DNA of 55,124 nt, the filler included, from Sluysia triapertura (taxonomy: Eukaryota), in the NCBI GenBank assembly GCA_046118255.1. It is 4 parts of 4 records of this genome, joined end to end, with 100 filler letters (N's around TTAATTAATTAA, not from the genome) between each part and the next. Parts side by side here need not be neighbours in the genome. Positions count along the whole stretch, not along the records: positions 1 to 13,776 come from JBJNIA010015309.1; positions 13,877 to 26,695 come from JBJNIA010080154.1; 2 more parts are not named here. The stretch is one strand, 5' to 3'. The position numbers and the translations under genes are program-made. This document shows positions 11,640-21,960 of this stretch, in pieces. The notes under the pieces were generated by a model that was given only the letters and a program-made list of their open reading frames with translations, did not search any database and was not told the origin of the DNA. Numbering within the stretch: position 1 is the stretch's first letter; the number at the start of each line of letters is the position of its first letter.

Positions 11640-12970
11640 TACCTGTCTCCGGAGTAATAAATACAATAAAAAAGTTCATAATAATTTCGTTAATTATTCC
11701 AAAATTTTGGTACAGAAAAGATCTGAACGCTCGTCCAATACTCGATCTACTTGAATATATTAATTGTAAAATGTAGGATTAAAGGAAACCTAATTTATAG
11801 TGTTTCATTTTAAAGAAATATTACCTTGGAAATGTAGAACAGCATTGAATTCTTTTTATTATCTAAATTTACAATAATGAATATGCATTATATACTGTGT
11901 TTTGGAATTGATTTTATGTTGATTATGCTCTGTCAATAACACTAATTACATAAAGATATCTTCCAGGAAATTGCTTATTATAATAAGCCATATTCGCGGA
12001 ATTCTATTGTATGTCAAAATTTTTCGGAACCGAACTGCTTCTAACAAGATCTACTAAATATTTTAACTAACTATTCCTTAGAAGTACATATTCATCAAAT
12101 CAGAAACAATTTCTTCAAATTCATTAATCACAATGTCGTCCTGTGTTAACATTAAATAAATCATGTCTCGACGATAAGATTCTTTCTAAACAGAAATTTG
12201 TATCTTTAATATAGACCTCTTCTAGGCCGACGAAAATAATAATATTTTACAGTTTGAATAAGAAAATCACTTTTATTTTGACTATAAAATTCTATAAAAC
12301 TGTCAAAACATCTAAAAGCTTGATACCTAACATTCTATAGTGATCCCCATCAACTAGAACAATTCTTAACTTATGACTTTTATTGTGATCACATTTTGAA
12401 TGAAGATATAAATAGTGACTTGGAGACATTTCATAATTTCAAAATTACTTCACAATGCGACAGTACAATCTTTAATCCAACATACAACCAATGACGTTTG
12501 AATTAACTTTAATGTAAAATCATTCAAACTACGCTAAAACAAAATAAAAAGATAATTATGAGTACGATGATAATATGCTAAAGATGAAGATAATTAAGAT
12601 TCGTACCCAACCATGTTATGCATCCAGTACAATTTCATCTGAATAAATGAAAGCACGGTGTACAAAAGCTATTGTAATTATTTCAATTCGTGGTAGTCGT
12701 CGAACCGTGATTATAATATGAATATTTAATAAAAAGCTGCACAAATAAAACTGAAAGAAAGTATTCTAGGGTCCCTATAGCAAAGGCAAGTGAAGACAAT
12801 ATTTTTTCATTCTTTACAATGCGATAAAAGTAAATTAGTTAATGCAGTTTCCTATTTGTAGTTTGTAAAACATAAAATGAAATAATAACAGTAATTCACA
12901 GTATTATCGCAGCAATTAGAAGTATATATTATATTACATACATGATGACTGAGCTGATCTGCCGATTTCT
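11640..12970 (-). pseudogene. Possible decayed multi-exon gene, unidentified
   Basis: Alternating exon-like blocks and GT..AG segments on the minus strand (e.g. KESYRRDMIYLMLTQDDIVINEFEEIVSDL, YIQVDRVLDERSDLF). In-frame stops prevent a clean model. Confidence 0.25.
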
Positions 12971-13268
12971 AATGGTATTTTATTATTTATTATTTAAATA
13001 AAATATAAAATTTATGTTTTAAGTAAATAACATTAAGTAATAAAATTTTAATTACCACCAATCTTTATTATGTTAATTCTTTGAAAATAGCGGCACAATC
13101 AAGTCAATGGTCATGTCAATCAAGAGTTTACAAATTATTTCAGCTATCGTCAAACTAGGACACATTTTTATTATTGTGTAAGACATTTTTTCAGTCACGG
13201 CGTGACTGGGTTTATTATAAATATTAATAGAGTAATAATGATACCAAAGTTGTGATGATGTATTCCAT

Positions 13269-13457
13269 TTATACGGATATACTTCCTTGACGATAATCAC
13301 TACGACCAATCAAGCAATTAATCAGTACTGGTTGACCTTGACGGGACAATTTTATTGACTCTTGGAATATTTGTTGAGAATCAGGCTGAAAATTATCCGA
13401 ATTTAATAAGAAACCCTTTCCACCAAATCCTTCTGCAACTTTCTCATAATTTGTGAA
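13269..13457 (-). CDS. ILVBL: Terminal coding exon of acetolactate synthase-like protein / 2-hydroxyacyl-CoA lyase 2
   Basis: cag acceptor followed by FTNYEKVAEGFGGKGFLLNSDNFQPDSQQIFQESIKLSRQGQPVLINCLIGRSDYRQGSISV*, matching the ILVBL C-terminus (..G.PV..N.LIGRTDFR.GSI.V). Missing from the ORF track because it has no start codon. Confidence 0.9.
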   Translation of the reverse strand, partial: FTNYEKVAEGFGGKGFLLNSDNFQPDSQQIFQESIKLSRQGQPVLINCLIGRSDYRQGSISV

Positions 13458-13534
13458 CTGAATAATATATAACAGTTATTTTATTTCGTGTAGTTCTAAA
13501 TATTCTAATCACTATGTTATTATTATCATTATTA

Positions 13535-13768
13535 CATCGCCACCTCTACTTACGAAATTAATTCGTTCTGGAAGTCACTTCGTAACGAGAAAATTTCCTA
13601 AGTAGAGCCTATTTTTCTTTGTAAATACCTTAATCGGTTTCAAGCCCCCAAAACTATAAAATTTTGAAGTTTTCACTTTTCGTATCTAGAAATTTCTTTC
13701 GTAACCAGAGGTAATATTTTCCCGAGGCGTTTTGTAACCTGAAAATTTCGTGTATAGAAACACCACTG
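13535..13768. mobile_element. pogo/Tigger-type MITE
   Basis: TA|CATCGCCACCTCTACTTACGAAATT ... AATTTCGTGTATAGAAACACCACTG|TA: imperfect TIRs of the CAGTGGTACCTC.ACTTACGAA type with TA flanks and internal ttcgtaa subrepeats. Confidence 0.75.
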
Positions 13769-13776
13769 TATTATCA

Positions 13777-13876
13777 NNNNNNNNNNNNNNNNNNNNNNNN
13801 NNNNNNNNNNNNNNNNNNNNTTAATTAATTAANNNNNNNNNNNNNNNNNNNNNNNNNNNNNNNNNNNNNNNNNNNN
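13777..13876. other. Assembly gap with artificial TTAATTAATTAA linker
   Basis: N44-TTAATTAATTAA-N44. The linker has stop codons in all six frames and is identical in three gaps. Confidence 0.95.
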
Positions 13877-14504
13877 AAGATTTTTAAATATGTTTTTTGT
13901 GCGTGCGTTTGTTATTTTTTCAGCTATTTATATAGGTTTATTTAGAATGATTAAATTTTAATAAAATAAGATTATTTTAGTAGAATAGTAATATTTTATT
14001 TTAATTTTAAAAGATTTAAAAATTTTATCTTAAATTAGTCGAAAGATTTCTAAAAATTTTATCTTTAAATTAGTCATTTAATTTTTTATCTTAATTAATG
14101 TAACTAATATTTTATCTGTATTAATTAAAATTTTCTTTAATGTAAATTTGTACTTTTAAATTAAAAGGTTTTATTTTCTAATTAAATCTTTTTTAAATCT
14201 TTTACTTTGAATCATTTTAATAATATTTACATATTGAATTACATCACATCATTTTAATATTTACATATTTCATGATTGTGTTTTATTATGTGTGATACCG
14301 CCTCTATGAAAATATCATAAGGAAAGTTATCAATTAAAAATGATTTTCAAACAATTCTAATTAAATTAATTAATATACTTATGAATTTTTTGAAAAACTT
14401 GATTATTAACAATTTATTATTATTCATTATTATTACTATGTATTATAAGTATTGGTATTTTTTACCGTTAGTTTTACTAAAGATATGATGTGCCACGATG
14501 TTTA

Positions 14505-14630
14505 AGTGATAGATTTTATACCATTTATATTGAAAAAAATACACAACCGACTGCTCGTGAATATCGAATAACACGAATATTATGAAATATTTAAGAAGAC
14601 AAATTTATTTCTATTTCAGAAATATTATAA
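14505..14630 (+). mobile_element. Short, older fragment of the same LINE 3' end
   Basis: gtgatagattttataccatttatat...atacacaacc...attatgaaatatttaagaa...ttcagaaatattata aligns to 1089-1214. Confidence 0.7.
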
Positions 14631-14936
14631 TAAATGATTTGTTCTGAATAATTATTTTACAGTAAATATTAATGCTACAAAAATTAAAATATTATTATTT
14701 AATTGTTATTTAAACAAATAAAATTATTGAAAATTCTTTATTAATTATTACAATGTTTAACTGTTTTAAAATATTTATTTAAAAATATGGCCTCAAACAT
14801 AAAAAAATTTCGATTTAAAATATATTAAAATATATTAATTTCAAAGAACGTATATTCAAAAAATATTTATAATTTGACTCAAAATGTTTAGAATATTTTT
14901 TCTATATAAAATAAAAAATTAATTTATTCGAAATAA

Positions 14937-15944
14937 ATGAAAAAGTTTTTAGAAGTGGATTACATAAAGTATATTTTAAGTTCTTAATGTTATATTATGC
15001 TTAGTAAATTGGAGAAAGAAAAAGATAAGTATCTAGATGAGCTAAAGCAAATACAAAATGGTGTTCATCCAAGTATAAAATGTTTTGTTTTCTAAATTTT
15101 TCTTTAGCTTTATTAGAATCGTACAAACAAATTGATTTTGCTTTACAAGAAGAAATAAAAAAACTAAAAAACATTTGCCAGTTTAAGGTATTCTATATGG
15201 TTATATTACATATTTTTAGATTGATGAAATTAATTCCGAATACGACAAAGAATTAAATCTACTAGAAAATGAAGCAAACGTATCTCCTTTTTTATGTCAT
15301 TATCATTATTTAGGATTACTTTGCGGAAATTATTGAAAATTGTATAAATGAATTAGTAAGTAAAAAAAGTGCACTTGAAGCAGAAAAAAACACCATAGAT
15401 ATTAATTCGTCGTCTGGCGGAGGTATGTTATTTTTCTTAAAATCCATTTGTTTTAATAAGATATATTAGAAATTAAACCGGCAAGTACTCGTAAATTACG
15501 ACGTCGTCATGTGGATAATGCTGCTAGTCAAAATATGAGCAATTCCAATATTGGTTTACCTAATTCTTTAAATCCAAATTTTTCTAGTAGTATTTCTCTA
15601 GGTAGCAAGTACCTTGAAAATTTTATACCAGATCATCAAAGATTATTCGATATTTATAATTGTAGTATTATTGGATATGGATTGGGACCATATGCTGCAT
15701 CTGCAGGAGGATCGGGTTCAAATTACGGTAATGTTGGAACGAATAATAATCGTACCGGATCTGGCGGAGATAACGTAGATAATTCATTAGGAAATTCAGG
15801 TTAGATTTAAATCGATTTTAATCGTTGATTTATTTTTTAATTTAGGAACCCGAAGTAAAAGAAACGAAAGTAAGTTTTCTAAATTCATTATCTATTAAGT
15901 AACAAACTAAATTATATTCTCTTCATTGAACAAGAATTTTCCAG
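14937..15944 (+). CDS. SUDS3: Sin3 histone deacetylase corepressor subunit SDS3-like protein (multi-exon; 3' end uncertain)
   Basis: Exons 14937-14968, 15005-15072, 15108-15187, 15220-15279, 15314-15422, 15461-15799 and 15846-15869 are joined in phase by 32-46 nt GT-AG introns. The product is a coiled coil followed by EKNTIDINSSSGGDILEIKPASTRKLRRR (cf. SUDS3 [25 protein letters not shown]). KLNYIL at ~15904 resembles SUDS3 QLNYLL. Confidence 0.85.
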
Positions 15945-17339
15945 GTTTATTTAATAATATGATGTTATTTTAATTATTGAAGTATAAAAGATGTAACATC
16001 ATTTTGTTTTCAGTTATTGTTTCCTTATTAAATGATTAAATTGAAATTTTTATCAATAAACGGTTTTCAAGAGAATGTATTATCTGAATTTTACGTTTTA
16101 ATGAAGTTGTAAGTGTTATACCATAAAAAATTGCAAAATATGTAATTTAGGATTCGCCTAGCATAAACCATTTTTATCCTCAAGGAATATGTTTCTGTAC
16201 GATTTTTCGTACTAGCGAGTTTCTTTTTAATTTGATATAGGGCTCCTTCTAACTATGATCAATGTTTTTTATATGCGCAAAATAATAGTTACATATGGAA
16301 ATAAAATTTAGTTTACTTTAATTTTTTGAATTCTTTATACTGGATTCTAATTTCATTCTGTTCAACTTGTCTTGGAAAATAAGAATTAGTTACGTTATGT
16401 TGAAGAAAGACAACGAAATATTTATAAACTGTAAAACAATAAAAGTAGTTTTTACAAAAATGTATAATAATATAGTACTGATAAACTTTATTGTAATATG
16501 TATATAAATTTTTAGCATTAAGGTACGAATCTTAATGTTTTTCAATAACACATTTTATTATTAGTCTTATGTTAGTGTAGATTTTTGTGATCTTATGTAA
16601 GATTTTATCCTTTAAATTAATTAAGAGGGAAGCTTATAAGGCAAAACTTACGAATTCGTTATAACAGGTTCGTAATAACAATAACAATTTTCTCAGTAGA
16701 ATGCAGCTTGAGGTGATCGAGCAATTTAGGTTTATCCAATGATAAATGCACTTATAACTAATATTAATCCTTTTACTATCTTTTTTGCGAGAATAAATCG
16801 TAAAATTTAAGATTTTGTATAATTTTTGACTAATTTTGTTGTGTGGGTCTTTCTATTATTTTTTTGTATTTAACACACTATTTATAATAGCTTTGTATCA
16901 ACCACATCTAAATTATTCACAGTTTTTTATTACGAATTTTTTTATTTATAAGAAATACCATTATGAGAATGTTATTAAAAGAAAACATTTTTATCTGTTT
17001 ACTTTTTGCTTTTCATTAAATTACATTCGACAGATAATAGTTTTATCTATTCAAGTTAATGTATTTCACAAGTTTTTCATAACTATTTAGTTGTACAGAC
17101 TTGAATTTTCATTTCTTGGAGTATTTCGTGACATTTTTATTTTTGTTGTTTTCTAGTTAAATATTTTTCTGCTACAATCGTTAATCTTGAAATACAGTTA
17201 TGATTTAATGAATTTCGAGCACTTTAAATGAGATTTCATTTTACAGACTTTACAACACCACTATTGACTAATCTAGTACGTCCTCACCTGTGTTTATCTA
17301 TGTTTATCTTGAACAATATTCTGGATCGTTTTCTAATAA

Positions 17340-17460
17340 TATGTTTATGTTCGATGAGATTTAAATCTGGACGTCTACAGGGTCAATTATTTAAATCAAT
17401 TTTTATGCTTTTGAAATATTTAATAAAGGCACTGATATATACCTGGTCTTTCAAAATTTT
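17340..17460 (-). mobile_element. Tc1-type transposase remnant
   Basis: KYFKSIKIDLNN*PCRRPDLNLIE (motif at 17350-17385) resembles the Tc1 WPxxSPDLNPIE motif, with W mutated to TGA. Confidence 0.5.
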
Positions 17461-18684
17461 TATACAAAAAACTTAAATTATCATCTAAAATTTTAGTTAA
17501 TTTTCATTTTTTAAATCAACAATATCACGCTATGCAACCATCTATAATGACTAATGACACATTTTTTTAATTATTAGTTTTGAACAATCGCGTTAAGGCG
17601 ATCTGTTTTTTCTCAAGGTCGTGTGATAATTTTATGATAATATAATTTTTATCATATTACTTATCAATGAATATTCTCACATTCTTCTACATTATCATTA
17701 AAAGGAATAATAATAATAAAATTTTCAATATACATTACAAAACAAAGATGGTTATCGTCCATGATTAATAAAAATTGATTTGGCTCAACGCTTATTGGTG
17801 CTGCTAAAATTATATTTCTCAAAGAATTTCAAGGTCTTTTTTAGAGTGTAACTTTAAAAATTTGAAAAATTCAGTTATGGCAAATTAATAACAGTTAAAA
17901 TTTATGATATTTTGCGACTGTTGAATTTCAACACGGAAGACGCCGCGTGCATTACACGAAGATATATCAAAGATTTTCAATGTTAACTTTAAATCTTCAA
18001 AATTAAATTGCTTTAAAAATTTATGAAGAAAGTGGTTTTAAAATCACGGGACATTGATTATCATTATATCATCCCAAATCATAATGCATATTTCAAGACC
18101 TCAATAAAAATTTTGTATTCAGAAATATCCTTCTAATGAAAAATTATAACTACACCACTGATTATATTTCAAAATCGAATTCTAACGCCTCTTGAAATAA
18201 TTTCTGAAATTCTGCATCATCTAAAATTAAAAAATCGTTTTAATTTTCATTGATTTTAAATATTATATTTATTTTTATAAAAGCAGTACTTTCCTAATCA
18301 GTTAATTTATTATGAAAAATAATAAATTTAAAATAAAAATAACTTTCTTAAATTGTGTCAACATTGACAATTTGAAATATCTTTGAAAAAGTAATAAATG
18401 GCGTAAGAAGTATAATAAAAATAATAATTAAATCATGTAATGAAAATATTAATAAATATTTTACAAATGTGTAGAAGCCTTACTAATTATAGAATGCACT
18501 TATTAATGATATTAATCATTTATTAGTAAATGGAATAACAGGATTTTGACTTAAAACAAAACAGAAATTTGATATTTAATTTTATCAATAGAGTACTCTT
18601 TATCAATCATATACTTGACATTAATAATAAATATTTAAACATTTGCATCTTCAGTCCGCTGCAATATAAAATCGATAAGTAAAT

Positions 18685-20590
18685 TTAAAAACAACCTTCT
18701 AATCGGTCAACCGAATTTAATTCTTCTTCAATATCACTTATTTCCTCTGGCATTTCAATGAATAAATTGTTCATTGTAGTAAAGCGATAATCCGGTCGTA
18801 TTAGCAATACTCCATGTCGTTGAGGTGCCCTGTTGAGCATGAACTGTAGAGCTGGGTCAAACTGAATCATGTCCAATTCGGCATCAAATTCTGTATTCAC
18901 TCTAAACAAAAACCGCACTGATGCTTCTTATTAATGTTATTGAAATTATTGAAATGTTATTGAAAATAAGTATTTTATATATACTTTTACAACTTCAAAT
19001 TGCAAAATAATACATAATGACAAAGTATAAATTGAATATTCTGTTATTACAAATTGTACACAACATAATATTAAGAAACAACTTTGAGCATTACATAATA
19101 ACATTGGAGATCCCAGACAATACATTAGGAGTAAAAATATCTACTGCATATCGATGGATAAATGAACAAGAAACTGAAAAATAACATGGAAAGATATGAG
19201 TTAGAATTTTTGATAATTCTTAATTCTTTTGTAACTGTTGAGTTCATTACTTATTCAGAGAACACAGTCAGAAAAGAAATCGAGGGATAAATAGTAATCC
19301 GAGCATATATACTATTAAAAACTTTAGTAAAAGATTCATCATTATACAGTAATTTCATGCATAATTTTATATAATACTCAAACTTAATTCATCAAAATTA
19401 TTACTTGCAAAATGAACAAAAGTCGATATTCCACACAGCATAGAATGCTAAAAAACTCGACAGATCGTGAGGTTGTAGATGTAAACATTTGGCAAATCTA
19501 AACGCAGTCGAAATTGGCATATTCGAATAAGCACAGTCCTTGCTAATTACCAGAAATGGAGGCTTCTGTCGAATCAAGAATTCTCGAAACACTGAATGGT
19601 ACGTGTCATTAACAGCCGTAGCACATCTGTCTCTACCAATCATCGCTTGATCATAAACTCTTTTTGTTGAACACTGATATCGGACAGCAAGATCAAAGAC
19701 GACATTCGAATCTTCGAAATACTATTAATACAATTTAAATATTTTATATTAACATAGATAATACTAATAATTGTTCTGAGTGTGTTCCATTTTTTGAGAA
19801 ATTTTATTTAAAATTAAAATTAAATTTAATTACAAAATGAATTATTGTCTTACATCAAAAAATTAATTAATATTCGATGTCAGTTCTACTTTCATATCAA
19901 ACAAAAATCATTTAAATATTTTGAACTTGGAATGAATTTAATAGAACAATGAATAAAAATACTAACATGAATTTGCTCCGGATTGTCAGGTATTATATCT
20001 AAATAATTATCACCCATACAAATACCCCATTTGTCTAAAATAACTTTCGCTGGTAACTGAATGCCTTTGTTAAACATTTTAACTTGTTCGAATTTACAAA
20101 AAGCTTTTTGTTTATTCAAAAAAACTCTGAACGCAATTGGTGGCCAACCAACCATTTGGATTGGACTGCACTTGATTCTGCAAAACAAAACCACAACTAT
20201 TTCGTCCATACTTCTCATTTGATGTAGAGATTCTTCTGAAGTAATTATAAAGGTGAGTCTAATTCCACTGTTATCTGAAAGAATGGAATGTCTAAGCTCC
20301 AATCTACCATTTCGAATCGGCATACACACCTCGGCTGGTAACACTAAATATAAATTGTCAGTGTGAAGATAAAGACATTCATTGGATTTAGATGAAAAAA
20401 GGACAAAATTTTAAATTTAGATATTTATCATACGAATATATGTAAATCTAACTTTCTACTGGTAATTCTTTCAATATAAAGTACATTTCTGCAAACGTTA
20501 TAGTTTTGGATTTTTCGCGAAAATATTCGTATTTCTAAGTAAATTAAGTACGTCCTTATAAAACAAAGTTACATTTAATAGTTCATCCAT
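18685..20590 (-). CDS. Divergent SP-RING (zf-MIZ) protein, ZMIZ/PIAS family SUMO E3 ligase-like, ~336 aa
   Basis: Five exons in phase: 20590-20573, 20534-20453, 20343-19967, 19721-19405, 18901-18685, all GT-AG. Contains ZMIZ/PINIT-like MPIRNG..., GWPP..FRVFLN and G.N.L.I, then VISKDCAYSNMPISTAFRFAKCLHLQPHDLSSFL...FCSFC (cf. VSLKCPI...I..P.R...C.H.QCFD..S.L.......W.CPVC) and an acidic tail. Confidence 0.8.
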
Positions 20591-20744
20591 GATGCAAAAA
20601 TTGTACTAAATTTAAACTAAAATGATTTAAGCTTAAAAATTGTGCATTTTTTAAAATGTGGAGATACAATCTTCATTTTTATTTAAATTGTTTAAAATAA
20701 GTTTTTTGGAAAATAAAATATATGGCATACATTTTTTATTGATA

Positions 20745-21960
20745 AATGAGAAATTTGGATATGATTATGGGATTATTCATATCGAAGAATAAAACAAAGG
20801 AAATTATGAAGTAAAAACCGAAAAAATAAAGAAAGAATTTATAAAATCGCATAAAAAACGTATTAGAAATAAAAAAATGAAAATTATTTAGAAAATGATA
20901 GAATTTATTCTAAATATTTTAAATTTAAAATTCAAAACATACCAAATAATATTATATCATATATTGCATCAGAAATATAAAGTTGATGAAAGATTGTTAT
21001 TACAGAAATGACAAAGACAAATTCTACGTAATTTTGAAAAACAGGCTATTCTAGTTTTATTGAAAATTATTAACTATTCATTTTGATGTGGTTTCCTATG
21101 AAAAACATACAATCACAATTATTTTCAAGAATGTAAGAGTTTGCCTGTGATCCGAGTACTGCACAATTAAGAGATGTAAAGTAAATTGGAGCACTCAGAG
21201 TGTAATTATCTTAAAGCTTTATCCACAGTAAATTCTCAGCTAGGTTAATTAAAAATAATATATTTGAAATCTTTTTTAAACCAGGACGAAAAATGATATT
21301 TTACCGTCTTTTTTAAACCTATGTGGAAATATTACTAAGGTTAATCTACAAAACTTTTATTTAAACGAGATTTCCAAAAATGGTCGCTTAGATTAATAGT
21401 TTTGGCATTGGTTAAAATCAAATAAAGTTGTAGAACAATATGTAACGGTACAAGAAATTTGGATTAAAATATAACTTTAAATAGGTAAAAATTGAAAGTT
21501 TAATGTTATATTACTGTTACTTGGATTGTAATCTAGATAAAGCATATGTTGAGGTTTTTCTTAACTTTTTATTTCAACAAATATAAACTTAGTCGCTATT
21601 GGGTTCGCTTGTAGCCTGAGATTTATATCCTATGGAAGACACAGCTAGAGGTAAAACGAAAAGCTGGATAATCTGTGTAAAGAACTTCTTTTCTTTATCT
21701 GATAGTCAATCTTAGCAACCTTACGAATGAACTGCTAATTTTTATTACAGAAACAATTACAACTTTTACACACAGAAGCTAAATACAGGTTAAAAATTTA
21801 TATATTTGAAAAGTAAGGTTATGTCTTATTCTAAAACTTGTCAAATTTTAAATAGATTTTAAGCCAGGATTAATTCTTGTGTGGAAACAAAAATTGATTT
21901 TAAGTGATATTTTGACCCTACAATAAATAAACTTACTATAACATGGATTGTAGAATATCT
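20745..21960 (+). pseudogene. Possible decayed multi-exon gene, unidentified
   Basis: Series of short GT..AG intron-like segments (e.g. 20860-20890, 21028-21054) separating exon-like blocks that contain stops. Lies head-to-head with the SP-RING gene. Confidence 0.25.

Noticed and set aside
12015-12050. LLEAVRFRKI resembling the ribosome-inactivating protein EAARF motif
   Set aside because: A single short match with no other RIP residues and no stable reading frame.
13821-13832. Palindromic TTAATTAATTAA repeated at 13821, 26740 and 39691
   Set aside because: Centred in N runs of identical length, so it is a scaffolding linker and not biological.
14787-14828. Upstream ATG as the SUDS3 start
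   Set aside because: It hits TAA after 13 codons. The ATG at 14937 gives a phase-consistent model.
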